DNA of 63,185 bases, the filler included, from Rhabdomonas costata (lineage: Eukaryota): the NCBI GenBank assembly GCA_019059605.1. It is 46 parts of 46 records of this genome, joined end to end, with 100 filler letters (N's around TTAATTAATTAA, not from the genome) between each part and the next. Parts side by side here need not be neighbours in the genome. Positions count along the whole stretch, not along the records: positions 1 to 1,276 come from JAHMHO010020961.1; positions 1,377 to 2,653 come from JAHMHO010020962.1; positions 2,754 to 4,030 come from JAHMHO010020963.1; positions 4,131 to 5,406 come from JAHMHO010020964.1; positions 5,507 to 6,782 come from JAHMHO010020965.1; positions 6,883 to 8,159 come from JAHMHO010020966.1; positions 8,260 to 9,535 come from JAHMHO010020967.1; positions 9,636 to 10,910 come from JAHMHO010020968.1; 38 more parts are not named here. One strand, given 5' to 3'. Below, piece after piece: positions 1 through 11,618 of the stretch; position 1 is the stretch's first letter, and every line of letters begins with the position of its first letter. The notes under the pieces are model-generated. The model searched no databases, was not told where the DNA came from, and worked only from the letters and a program-made list of their open reading frames with translations. A program made the translations under genes and the position numbers.

Positions 1-226
1 TTTTGTTGTGGATGCTCATGGAGTTAATTGCTTTGATGAGCCCTCCTAGCACTTTCTCAGTGTGTTCGTCCAGGAGTCGGTCTGACTAGGGGTGTTAGGC
101 CAGAGTTGTGGTTTGCATGGGTCTGTTATTTCTTTTTTGAATTCCAAGGTTAGCATGCGTTTGGGCACGTATTTCTGTCTGAAGGGAGGCAACTGTGTGT
201 GCGGGATGTGTGTGGGGCTACTCCAG

Positions 227-1184
227 CGGGCTGAGCTGAAGCTTCTAGCGGCGCAGCTGCACGCCAGTGAAGCCGAGGTGGCCTCCCTGCGGGCCCAGCA
301 GCAGAGCGCCGGGGGTTCCACCACAGCGGTGGTGCGGCAGCTGCAACTGGACGGCCAGGCCACGCAGCACTGCCTCCGCGAGGAGGTGCTAGCGTTGACC
401 TCCGTGAAGGGGGGAACTGAAACGGGCAGCGGGCAGCAGGGGCTCACACAGAACACACCGATTGAGAATTCCTTTTCTTCCCCGAGAATGACCCCCTCGC
501 CGTGGTGTCATTGGAAATCAACCAGTTTCCGCTGACTCTCTTTGTCAATTGCGATCTTGAGGAAACGGCAAACATCCGACCTATTTTTTTTTCGAGGGTC
601 ATCTGTGATGCCTTTGCCACGGATGGGGGGGGGCACAGCGGGAACGTAGCCAGGCTTTGGCCGCGAAAGTGGCTGCCCTGGATCAGAGATGGGAGGAGAG
701 CCAGTCCCAGCTGCGGTCCGCGCAGACCCAGCTCGTCTCCTCGGTCTCCGTGGTTGCGCAGAAGGTGCGCAACGCTGCCCCCAGTGCCTCCTCTTTTGCT
801 TTCTGTCGGATGGGGCCCGTTTAGCCCTGGAGGGAAAGCCCTGTCTCCCAAGTTGTTTCCATTACATCACTGCACGCAGCCAAAATTCAGCAACTGAAAT
901 GGCACCAATAGCCAGAACCCAACACATTTTCTTTTGCAAGTGTGTCGAATTCTGTCGATATGCTTCCCCATGTTGTATCCTCGTCGTCGCAGGAAGGGGA
1001 CCTGGCCTCCCTTCAGAGGGAGTTCCTGGAGTACAAGGCCAGAGCCACCCGGCTCTTGCAGGACAAGGACCGCTGCCTCAGCTCGGCGCAGCAGCAGCTT
1101 TTGCTGCAGCCCCCGGGCGGGGAGTCCTATCGCTCACCAGGGGCGGAGGAGGGCCGCGGCTCAGGGGCAGTGATTGAAGAGGAG
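227..1184 (+). CDS. Golgin-like coiled-coil protein, 3 internal exons
   Basis: Exons 227-385, 639-764 and 993-~1184 join in frame through GT-AG introns: ...QHCLREE|RERSQALAAKV...VVAQK|EGDLASLQREFLEYKARATRLLQDKD. The E-x-x-x-YK-x-[KR]A-x-x-x-LQ-x-K motif recalls golgin-84 and GRIP golgins. Confidence 0.6.
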
Positions 1185-1276
1185 GTCGTGGCCCTGCACA
1201 CTGCTGCATTCGCAGGAACGCTCGCGTTCACGCAGATGCCGCCTCGATTGAGTTCTCCCGCAGGATACCACACAAA

Positions 1277-1376
1277 NNNNNNNNNNNNNNNNNNNNNNNN
1301 NNNNNNNNNNNNNNNNNNNNTTAATTAATTAANNNNNNNNNNNNNNNNNNNNNNNNNNNNNNNNNNNNNNNNNNNN
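1277..1376. other. Artificial contig-joining spacer (first of 45, recurring about every 1,376 bp)
   Basis: 44 N + TTAATTAATTAA (stops in all six frames) + 44 N, identical at every junction. Flanking contigs are about 1,272-1,277 bp and unrelated. Confidence 0.99.
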
Positions 1377-2171
1377 GTGGGGGTGAAAACAGAGAAAAGT
1401 GGAGAATAGAAGAAAAGGGGAAAAGGGGAAAGGGGGCTAAAAGAGAAGGCGATAAAAGATGATAAAAGATGATTTGCAAGAAGGAAGAGCGCCAGACCCT
1501 ATTTTTCGGGAATATGGTGTTGCAATAAAATGCGAGCTTAAAAAAAAGAGATTGCTGAATAGTAGAGTATAAAGGGGGCGGAGGGGAGAGCATCGCCCGC
1601 GTCACCTCGGAGGCATCTGCAACCGGAACAGGTGTTTCACGGGCATGCGAGGCAACTGACTGCAGCTCCCGCACGGGCCCAATCATTGACTCCTGGTCTC
1701 CTTCAGGGTGTGCCCTTAAGCGGCACCAGGAGAGTAGTCTGGATACTGCCGCAGTTGCCTTGCGGGCAAGTAGGGGCAGGAGGTAGCCCCCCAGCCTATG
1801 CCGCAGTAAGGGGGGAAAAATATAACGGATTGCCACGCAAACGCAGCTGATCAAATTACTGACGCATCACAGGCGTCAGCCTGAGTGTGAGAAGAGAAAT
1901 GACCCACAGATCCCCTAACATCACTTTAATATCTATGTACTTCGGAATCGACAACGCATAGTTGGACAAAAGGACAACATCCATTGCCAGAGATGATGAG
2001 ATGATGAGATGAGATGACATGGCCAAGGGAGGGCTCCCAAGCCAAACCTGGCTACCAAATGCAATGGGCAGCGCAGGAATCGATATATTGAAAGAGAGGG
2101 TGTCACATACGTAAACACGCCACACACACATGCACACACACACACACCATAACATAGCCCACCCTGGGGCT

Positions 2172-2315
2172 CGGAACAAAAACGAGGGCACGCTGGTTGA
2201 CGGAGTGCGCAGCCTGGCCATCCCGCGGAGGGTCGTCCCGTACCACACCAGCATCCACGCCACAAACACCGCAGCGGCGCAGACCCTGCCGGCATACCAG
2301 CAGGCGGAAATTGAG
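2172..2315 (+). CDS. Probable exon, unknown protein
   Basis: GC3-rich open stretch GTLVDGVRSLAIPRRVVPYHTSIHATNTAAAQTLPAYQQAEIE between low-complexity flanks. Boundaries uncertain. Confidence 0.4.
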
Positions 2316-3158
2316 AGACAGTTTCCTTTTCTTAGACGGCATTCACGCCACCCAAGAAAAAGCAGAAATACAACAAAGCTTCGTCAGGGTATCAAACCGA
2401 AAAAAATGATTACACTCAGTAATGCTGTCATCATTGTATTAATTAAGGGAAGAGAAATGGGGAAGGTCTATGCAGCTTTGAAAGTAGCACAAATGGAATG
2501 GTGCAAGGGTGAGCAATACAGAGCTGAAAGCCAATCCAGGTGCAGAATCACGCAAGAAAGCTAATGGAGCTAGTGACACAGCAGCTGGATTGGCTTTCAG
2601 CTCTGTATTGCTCACCCTTGCACCATTCCATTTGTGCTACTTTCAAAACCACANNNNNNNNNNNNNNNNNNNNNNNNNNNNNNNNNNNNNNNNNNNNTTA
2701 ATTAATTAANNNNNNNNNNNNNNNNNNNNNNNNNNNNNNNNNNNNNNNNNNNNGTCCACTTTCTTGCAGCAAAACGGGCGGGATTTCATGAATCATCTAA
2801 CGTGAAATCACAATTGCTCAACTACAAAGAACTACAAAGGATGGACTCTCACGGAAACCCATTACTTTTAGTTTACAAACACTCTCTATTCGCACACCGC
2901 GGGCTTTAGAGGAACGCCCGCAGAGCGGCAAAAATGGACAGGCCTACAGAATTCCAAAACCAGTCCTACGGTCAGTGCAAAGGGAAGCAAATGAGAGACC
3001 CGTGTTGATGTGGAAGCTGTTATTTACCAGGTGAGGACCGAGGCCAAGGGTGAAGGTTCCTATGCTGAGGTGCAAAAGAGAGAGAAAGAGAAACCCATGG
3101 GGAGCAACCAAAGGGAGACAGGTCACACTTGACCCGTGATGCAGGGGAAGCGATTCAG

Positions 3159-3940
3159 ATGAGCAAAAGGGGAACCGAAGCCAAGCTAAACGGAGCCTGG
3201 GGTGCGGCTTTCGTAATGGCTTGGTCGACAACAGACGACGGCTTCTGCATGGCTGGTACACTGAACATATCGTGGAACTTTCATCGGAAATATGGTATGG
3301 GAAAACGGTCCGGCTGACAGGCATCAAGAGAGAAAACCGTGCGGCTTGTGGGGTGACCGAGCCCGGGAGAGGGGGACTATGGGGGAGTTCTTTCCTTCTG
3401 AGGCGTAGGGGTGAGGGAGAGATCAAAGAAAAAGGAAAAAAAAACCCAAATGCATCTGGAGGGAGCAAAACTAACGCGACCTTAAAAAATTCTCTTTTAG
3501 ATTGCTTGCACAAATCCACAAGATGCTCTTTGAAGAATCGGTAAAGGAGGGTAATTGTGTGAACCCGTGATACAAAATAGCTATGCAGCATCAAGAGGCA
3601 AAATCTTCCCTACCACACGAGAGGTAGACAATTTTCAGCATCGGAGAGACTATGCCCACTGCTCAGTGACAAATCCTCTCATAGTGGGAACAGGGCGAGA
3701 GTTTTCGGTTCAATCGTTTGGCAAGTGGAAAATGGGCGCTTGGTTCACTTTGGCTGACGGTGAGGGGGCTGTGGTATTGGCAGGCGGTGCAAACTTTTTT
3801 AAGGGGAATCGGTGTGCTGGCGCCCTGCCTGTGTGACGGGTAGGAAGGGACCCTGTGGATGAGATAAGATCCTGAGGACGTGGCTAGCCATTGGTGTGGC
3901 TTGGGCAGCGAGCAGTACTGTCGGAAAGTCGTGTTTGGAG
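3159..3940 (+). CDS. Hypothetical protein, 3 candidate exons
   Basis: Exons 3159-3294, 3667-3759 and 3869-3940 are phase-compatible with donors GTATGG, GTGAGG and GTAACC. No family recognised. Confidence 0.35.
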
Positions 3941-4277
3941 GTAACCGAGGTAGAGTGGGTGGGCTGGTGGGTCGAAGGTATCGGAGCGCGCCTTTTATCA
4001 CCGTGGTGGGAGTTCAAATTTCCCCACCACNNNNNNNNNNNNNNNNNNNNNNNNNNNNNNNNNNNNNNNNNNNNTTAATTAATTAANNNNNNNNNNNNNN
4101 NNNNNNNNNNNNNNNNNNNNNNNNNNNNNNGTTGGTGTGTGATAGGCTTTTGATTTGGATGCTCGCCAGTCGAGGGACAAAGTGGTGCAGCATGTAACGG
4201 CACTGTGTGTCTGGGATGTCCTATGCAAGTTTAGTCTGGGTATGGATGTGAATGGGAGAGTGTGTACGCATCCGTAG

Positions 4278-5346
4278 GGAACACCTCAGCCATCGGCGCC
4301 GAAATTGCGAAGATGCAGGCCGCTCTGCGGCCTCTCGAGGCCTACCCCCCAGAGCACGCGAAGTACAGTGCCGCAGTGAGTCAGGTTCTGCGGGATTTCA
4401 CAGTCCGGAAGGAGAAGGATGAAGGGTTTTGTGGTGCGCCTACAACCTTAAGCAGGTATGCCACCGAGGTTCAAACAGAAACTTGGCTGTTGGCACACTG
4501 TGAAGTTGAGCAGGTGGGCGGAAAGGAAAACTCGAGCAGGAGACCAGCAGTCAACGATTGTCATCTGTGTACCCTTGTTTTTTTTGTTTTCGCATCCACG
4601 TAGTGTCGGTGCTTTTGTCCTTGTGAGCCCAATTGGTTTTGCACAGTTTGAGACACGATTGGTGCAGTTGATTGAAGTGGACTGCCTGGACGCTCTCAGC
4701 AAGCGTGAGGTGAGCAGCTTTTTTCCACGAAACTTTCCAGAAAGATCCAGCTGTGTGCGGTGTGTGTGTGTGGGGGGGGGATGAATTTGCGTTGGGCTCA
4801 GGGTATGTTGTGTAAGGTGATGATGGAATTGTTCTCCCAGCTCTTTGGAAGACCGCCGAAAAAAGGTCTCCTATGAGAGTCTTCAATCTCGGCATACATT
4901 TTTAGTGTTCGCCACCCAGAATTGCGCTTTGAATTGAACCGAAAAAAAATTGAACTCTGACCTGCCCTACGTTGAACTTTGCTCACACTGAACTTTTACC
5001 TTTGGCACTTTTGTTTTTGCCACGGTCGAAACACTGAACTTTGAAAAACGAAAGTGATTACATGGAACCTTGAACTTTTGTAATTGAATTGAATTGAGCT
5101 TTGAGGCTGGTGCAACTCCGCTCCACCTCCTCCACCACCTCCCCGTTCTCAACACCCCTGTCCACCGCAAAGGTGGCCCTGGCGCAGCGGCACTTGGCCA
5201 CACTGCAGGCCATCGGGCGGGCCCATGGAGTGGTGGCGCAGTTCCTGGGGCGGTGCTTGGGCCCTGTGGTGGCGGTGTGGCAGAGCTACGAGCACCGCAG
5301 GGAGGAGCTGACCTTCCCGGCCTGGCTACCCACCTTCTTCGCCGAG
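4278..5346 (+). CDS. COG7: Conserved oligomeric Golgi complex subunit 7, partial (3 exons)
   Basis: Exons 4278-4384, 4647-4709 and 5173-~5346 give GNTSAIGAEIAKMQAALRPL...AVSQ|FETRLVQLIEVDCLDALSKRE|VALAQRHLATLQAIGR...LGPVVAVWQSYE...FPAWLPTFFAE. This is colinear with the COG7 N-terminal region as I recall it (LEDRL...L-x-DAL...V-x-x-AQ...IGR...W...WL-x-SFY-x-E). Confidence 0.75.
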
Positions 5347-5728
5347 ATTCAGGAACCTACACCGCCCAACACCCCACCCCTCCCTTGATACACAGCCACA
5401 CAAACANNNNNNNNNNNNNNNNNNNNNNNNNNNNNNNNNNNNNNNNNNNNTTAATTAATTAANNNNNNNNNNNNNNNNNNNNNNNNNNNNNNNNNNNNNN
5501 NNNNNNGGGGTGGGGTGAGAAGAGGGAGGTAATTCACAGGTAAGGGCAAGGGAAAGACGTCTGAAGGGTAAAGACTGCAGATGTAACGATGTGCGATGTA
5601 CACTGTTGCAAGTGCGCGTCCACAGTAAACAAGAGTGTGGAGGATAGAAAGAGTTCCCTTTCCTAGCATCAATTCCTATGTGTCATATACATATACACGC
5701 ATTAATGTGTGCAAATGGTTTGCCCAGG

Positions 5729-6446
5729 ATGTATCCCACGGACATGAGCGACGAAGTTTTGAAGTGGGAGGAGTATTTCGATGAAGTTCTGGGCCCTCCG
5801 CTTCGACAGTTCGGCTATACCTTCCTACTGCTTCCCAACAATGTCAGTATGTTCGATTTCCTTCCCTGCTCCCAGACGCTGCCTCCACCATTACTGGCCG
5901 GTTCAAGCATTTGTGCCATCTGGCTCCAACTACGTTTTCGGGACTTTTCCGAATTGCAACCCAAACCAAAGTTAACCAAACCAAACCAAACCAAACCAAA
6001 GTTATGGGATTCGCATGGAACAGTGAGAAACCTACCAGACCCACCAGCCGGTGTCCGTTTAGCAGCTTAAATGGATTCCTTGAATTAAAATGGATTCCTT
6101 GAATTATCTGACCTGTGACCCAGCCGCCAACCCAACAGGAACCAACAACAACACTCGTCATTTGCAGGGTTTTTTTTCGACTGAAGAGCAACTACCACGG
6201 AAAAAGCAACCCACCAGCACCTCATATCTTCGCCTTTGTTTTCAGGAAAATACTTGGGGTGGTTGACTTGGAAGAACAGCTGGATCGAGTGGCTCTTGAT
6301 GTTTTTCCTTCTGGAGCAGATCGCAAAGAAGATGAAGCGCGCGATGAAAATAAGCCTGGAGACTGTACCGACTGTTTTGAAGGACATCCGGGACGTCTGG
6401 ACGAAGGTTGAGGAGCAGCTAAAGGACGGCCGTCCCTACCTGCTGG
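5729..6446 (+). CDS. Glutathione S-transferase family protein, C-terminal domain, partial
   Basis: Exons 5729-5846 and 6246-6446 (phase 1, GTATGT..TTTCAG): EVLKWEEYFDEVLGPPLRQFGYTFLL...IRDVWTKVEEQLKDGRPYLLG. Matches the GST-C pattern E-x-x-FD-x-x-LGP and L-x-DGR-x-YL-x-G. Confidence 0.75.
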
Positions 6447-7689
6447 GTTGTACTCGCGTTCCGCTCCTGTTAGATCTCAGTCTGCAATGTGATCTTCTAG
6501 TCACATGGGAGGAAAGAAGCATTAATTTCAAGAAGAAACAAACAAGCATTAATTTTTCAATTTTTTTCTTGGGGCTTGACAGCTCGTGACATTGTCCAGT
6601 GTTCAAAGTCCGGCACACAACATCAGCACAGTTCAAAAAATTTTTTCACACATCCAACACTCACAGCTTCACAGGGGACAGCGTGTTGGTGCGCTGGCTG
6701 ATGTCAGGTGAGGAAGGTGAAAAAAGTAGCAGAGGGAGGACGCAGAGGAATAGGTGCACGAAACAGTAACCACCCCAACACANNNNNNNNNNNNNNNNNN
6801 NNNNNNNNNNNNNNNNNNNNNNNNNNTTAATTAATTAANNNNNNNNNNNNNNNNNNNNNNNNNNNNNNNNNNNNNNNNNNNNTTGTGGGGGGGTTTTATG
6901 AGTTCAGTACCTTCCCTTTCCCCTCCCTGCTCCTCCTCTACCATCTTGTAGAGTTCTGTTTCCCATTCTTGTGTTGTTACGTGTTACGTAACGTAGTGCA
7001 CCTCACCACCTCGCTTTCCTTCACTGGATGTTCGCCTCCATATGCTCATTTCCACTCACTGTACGTCCGTTTTCCCTCGTTGGACTTGAACCTTGCATAG
7101 TAAATGTGGCACAGCAGAATATCATCCCTCGGATAGACAAAAAGGCGGCCATTCGAGCGTCCTCGTTTCCTCCACCTCTGCCAAGGCGTACACATCTCCG
7201 CGGGACGCACAGACGCGGATCTTTCCTTTGGTCAAGGTTTCACCGAGGGAATGAGAAACTTTTTTCTCTGAATGCTCCCTTCTTTTGTCCTCATGGATTA
7301 GCTTGGAACTCGAGAACAGACAAAACTACAAGCAGTTTTACAGACAAACCCTCGGTCCTCTCACCTGATCCTACACCCTCCCACTGATTTTGCTGCATTT
7401 CCGTGGTTCCGGTTTGTGCGTGTGCGGATGCGCTCTTTTGTGCAGCTCGATACGTCTTTCGACGGGGAGGTTTTCCACTTCTTGTTGTGCTCCTCCTTTG
7501 TTTTTTTCTTCACTCCTTTCCTGCGCATACTCGTTTTCCTTCTCCCCCTTCCTTCCGTTCCAGCGGGGTAAGACAGCTTTTTTCGCTTGTTAGTGAACTT
7601 GTAGTGGTACATGTTGTTGTAGTTGCACTTACTCAGGCTTGTCCGTCTCTGTCGCTGGATACGTTGCGTGCTTTTTTCGCGGGCAGCCC

Positions 7690-7810
7690 TTCAATTCGGT
7701 CGCACATGTTCTGAGCTGATCCTAAGAAAGCAACGCCAAATTCGGCACAAACACATAGATCAAAACCGGTCCAAGTGTCGCGGAGCCCATCGGTGTACAT
7801 TCTGATCCAG
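7690..7810 (-). mobile_element. Possible degenerate RNase H1-like fragment (retroelement relic)
   Basis: WIRMYTDG...AEFGVAFLGSAQNMCDRIEG resembles YTDGS...AG-x-GV-x-F...N-x-S-x-x-L-x-G. The downstream N-x-AE motif is absent. Confidence 0.25.
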
Positions 7811-9826
7811 TGTCGCAGTAGATAAGAAGTATCCTTCCACAAGAAGTGTCTTTCCAAGCCCGCCCGAAGACCTGGGAAAGATTATGCAAGAACCCCCACT
7901 GAGGCCGCCACCCAAACTGTTTCTGAAAGGAGACGGGACACGGTGACCCCAAGAAGGTCTTGTTTAGTTGGAAGCTCAATTCTTTGAAGAAAGAGCGATG
8001 GTTGGACGATAGTTGGCGATGTGTTTATGTCCCTCCCTCAGTCTGCTTGGTGTTGAGAAGTGCCATATAATTTTCCCTGCCGATTGCTCGATTTTTATGG
8101 CTCGGCTTTCAGGGCTTCTCTTTGCCATTAGGTTTGCTGTGGAGCACTCCCCACACCCCNNNNNNNNNNNNNNNNNNNNNNNNNNNNNNNNNNNNNNNNN
8201 NNNTTAATTAATTAANNNNNNNNNNNNNNNNNNNNNNNNNNNNNNNNNNNNNNNNNNNNCGTTGGGCGCTTTTGTGCGCGCCGCGTGCCTTTTCAATACT
8301 CTGGGGTTGAAAGGATTCTGCGGTTGTGGCGGTGCTTTTCTCGAGTAACTGAAAGTGTGCGTTGGCGTTCGCTGGGTGGATGAGGCTAGAATCAAGAAAG
8401 GTTTGCATTTTGAAGGGGAACACTGTTTTTCTTCGTCCGCTTTGTTTTCTATTTTCCTTTTTCTGGGGAATGTGTTTGTTGTTTATTTTTTCACTGTGGA
8501 AACATTAGCATTACAGTTTAAAAGGACTGCTGCTTCTGCGTTTATTTCCACTGCTACATTGTGGAGATTCTCTTTCACCAGGTTCATGTTGCTCATAGGC
8601 TGTGTTTGGATGACGATGATGAATGGGGAAGTGATATGTAAGCATTGCGAAACGGCGTCACACGGACGTCGCACGTGAGATCGATTCAGCTCTGTAAAAT
8701 TTGGGCCCCAACGTTGTTGCGAAAGACGATACACCGGATGGCTCTGGTGACATCCTTGTGGAAAGCAAAGTATTTTACTTTTTTTTATTAAATGAATGTG
8801 TTCGCCATTGAAGTTGCAGCAGCCTTGGCAGCAGGAGTTGACACCTTTCAGCGGCATACGAGGTCGAGCCGGTGCCCGCACCATGGGGGTGGAGGCCACC
8901 AGTCACTTTTCATGTCGCGTGGTTGGTTTTGCTGTGGACGGATGGGGCGGTGTTCAAAGATCCACGTTTGCCATTTGACTCCCTTTATTTTCGACTTAAA
9001 AGCTTTTCGGATCAAACCTTTCTGTCCGGTCCATTTAACACGGTTTTACTATAATTTCCTACATTCTTAATGCAAAACCACCCAAAAGGATCGGTTATTT
9101 TGACTTAGCGTTGGTTTGAACCTGGTATGCAACTGGTATGTAATCATCCTTTGCCTGCCAGTTCCGACTCTCAGGACACGCTGCATGCTCCCCATCGTGC
9201 GTACTCCCGTAAGAACCAATCACCCTTCCTTGGTGGCTCCAAAAACACATCAACAACCCGATATGTCCTCATCTGAAGCTCTTCATTCTGCACTGGCAGC
9301 CCCCGAGTTGTTTTTCTTTCTGAGTTGTTTTCTTGTTTTTCGTTTTTGCTTTTTCACTTTTTACGTTTTTCCGCTGAAAATGACCGACAGTGTCTCCGAG
9401 GTCAGTGCTCCCGCGAGCTCCACTTCCAGGCAAGGGGGTATGATCTTTGGCGTTGCTCCACACTTGTAGCGCGCAACCATTTTGCGGACCATTTTCATAT
9501 TCAGACGTATATAACATTATCTGTGCCCCACAAAANNNNNNNNNNNNNNNNNNNNNNNNNNNNNNNNNNNNNNNNNNNNTTAATTAATTAANNNNNNNNN
9601 NNNNNNNNNNNNNNNNNNNNNNNNNNNNNNNNNNNGTTGGTTGTTCTCCTTTGGATTTGGTTAAAAACCTAGATTTAAAATCTCCGCTTTCGAAACGAAT
9701 CAGACAGATGGAAGATGGGAGATGCAGTCGAAAGCAGAGATTTTAAATCTAGGTTTTTAACCAAATCCAAAGGAGAAAAAGCAAGCCAAAGGACAGCACA
9801 CCGCAGGCTAGAAAACGAACACATAC

Positions 9827-10824
9827 CGAAGCAGCCCGAGAGGGTGAAAGTTCCGTAAGTGGAGCTGCAGCTCACCCTCACGCTGCCAGAGTAGCCCGAG
9901 GCACAGCTCAGACCCGTGCAGCTCGAGGCACTGACGTACCCCGAACCACACCCACTGCCGCTGTATAAGTAGCCCGAGGGCAGCGATGAGGGCAGCGAGC
10001 ATGTAACCGTGGCGACAGAAGTGGCTTATGCAACGGAAAACAAGGACAAGGCTCAAGTCAACGTACACAAGCCACCTTTGCGGTAATAGAGAATATAGTA
10101 CCTTGTGGAATGACTTCCAATGATGCGATGCCGGTTGCCAAACGTTTTGCTCACCTGGAAGAAGCGTACTTATCCCTATGACACTTTGCAGGGCCACTGT
10201 GGAGGAGAGTAAAGTCTTCGAATTCCCGGACCGGATGTGAACACCCGTTTACCAACTGATACACGCTTTCAACTGGTCAGTCTGTTCCGTCGGACAGAGA
10301 TTCACAGAGATTCAAGGAGAAAACCCACCGCTAACTCCAGAGTTGATCTCGTGCCACGACGCGACCTCGAAACCTCTCGACAGCAAAAAAGAAAAAAAAA
10401 CAGCAGCCCTAAGCCCAAAATAAGCCATTCGTGCGAACGAGAAGATGGATGCAGTCTGCCCGCGCCCACACACGGCGAGCCCAGCCGCCCTTTATGTCGC
10501 AGAGTGCAATGGACAACTTCCTGAGGTAGCAAAAAACCTTTCCTTGCCCAGGGTTGCCCAACATGGCCAGATCTTTGTCCATAAACTGCGAATAAAGAAC
10601 TAATACATATATTGTCAAGTTACTTGCCACAGGGCCTCACATACCGAAGCAGCCGTAGGGCACAAATGTCCCCGAAGGAGAGCCACAGCTCAAACTCACA
10701 CTGCCAGTGTAGCCCGAGGCACACGACAGCCCCCTGCAGCTCGCGGCAGTCACGTACCCACTGCAGCCACTGCCGCTGTAGGTGTACGCCGAGGGCAGCG
10801 AGGAGGGCAGGGTGCACGTCATAG
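9827..10824 (-). CDS. Cys/Ser/Gly-rich repeat protein, one module per exon
   Basis: Exon 10824-10645 (MTCTLPSSLPSAYTYSGSGCSGYVTAASCRGLSCASGYTGSVSLSCGSPSGTFVPYGCF) and exon 10024-9827 (VTCSLPSSLPSGYLYSGSGCGSGYVSASSCTGLSCASGYSGSVRVSCSSTYGTFTLSGCF). Both are phase 1-1 with GTATGT donors. Confidence 0.8.
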
Positions 10825-11298
10825 CTGCGAAGAGTAGGCCAACACAAGTACTATGCACGGGAAATTGGCGTTCTGGCAATCTGAAGCAGGCTTGCGGTTT
10901 CACCCACAACNNNNNNNNNNNNNNNNNNNNNNNNNNNNNNNNNNNNNNNNNNNNTTAATTAATTAANNNNNNNNNNNNNNNNNNNNNNNNNNNNNNNNNN
11001 NNNNNNNNNNGGGGTGGTGTACCGTGTGGTCTGGTCTTTGGCGGTGGAGTGTGCTCTACCTTATGGAAAGGGCATTGCGCATTCTTGCCTCTAAAGCGAC
11101 ATTATCTCTGGTTCATTGTATTGGGGTGTCCTTTTCCTCCCTCTCCCTCCCCCTTTCCGCTCGTATCCCCGCATTCTTGCTCGCTCAGTTGAACAAACCT
11201 CTGGGCATTGTTGCAGTCAGTGCCGCACTCATCCCCCAAGTTGCAACTGAGCCGGATGTAGCTACCTATTGGTGCGAGTTTGTGGGTATGGGGTTTAG

Positions 11299-11618
11299 AG
11301 CTGCAAATCACCCCCCGAGACGTGGCCTGCGTGGAGCTGGCCGGACTGGCCCACGACCTAGGCCACGGGCCCTTCTCGCACACGTTTGAGAAGGTCGTGA
11401 ACTTCGAGCGGGAGCAGCGGTGGGAGCGCGGGGGGCGGGTCGGCCCCCGCCCCCCGCTGTGGCACCATGAGGCGGCCTCCGCGCAGCTGCTTCGGCACCT
11501 CTTTGACGAGCACATCCCCAGGGAGAGGGCGGAATTTCTGGGGCTGGAGATCCCCGAGGACCTGACCTTCGTTGAAGCCCTGATCCAGGGCCTGCCCGAC
11601 AGCAAGCCCGTCCCCGAA
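11299..11618 (+). CDS. SAMHD1: SAMHD1-like HD-domain dNTP triphosphohydrolase, internal exon
   Basis: ELQITPRDVACVELAGLAHDLGHGPFSHTFE...WHHEAASAQLL...EDLTFVEALIQG: HDLGHGPFSH and W-x-HE motifs of the SAMHD1 family. AG acceptor at 11297-11298. The 3' boundary is approximate. Confidence 0.88.

Noticed and set aside
51-594. ACTTTCTCAGTGT (51-63) and CTATTTTTTTTTCG (581-594) resemble the two halves of the Euglena spliced leader
   Set aside because: They are about 520 bp apart, short and low-complexity, with no GT donor or SL-RNA body following.
446-610. Apparent non-conventional intron (ACACAG...TCTGTG with an internal stem) in the golgin gene
   Set aside because: A conventional GT-AG intron at 386-638 gives a clean in-frame coiled coil with no homopolymer correction.
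1321-1332. Regularly spaced TTAATTAATTAA as a CRISPR-like or biological repeat, and ORFs ending in X..LIN
   Set aside because: It is a synthetic six-frame-stop linker embedded in Ns.
5961-6107. (AAACC)n run and a 20-bp tandem duplication in the GST intron
   Set aside because: Ordinary intronic slippage repeats, not telomeric or CRISPR.
11105-11135. LVHCIGV as an upstream SAMHD1 (EHSLGV) micro-exon
   Set aside because: There is no supporting splice frame and the residues expected in between are missing.
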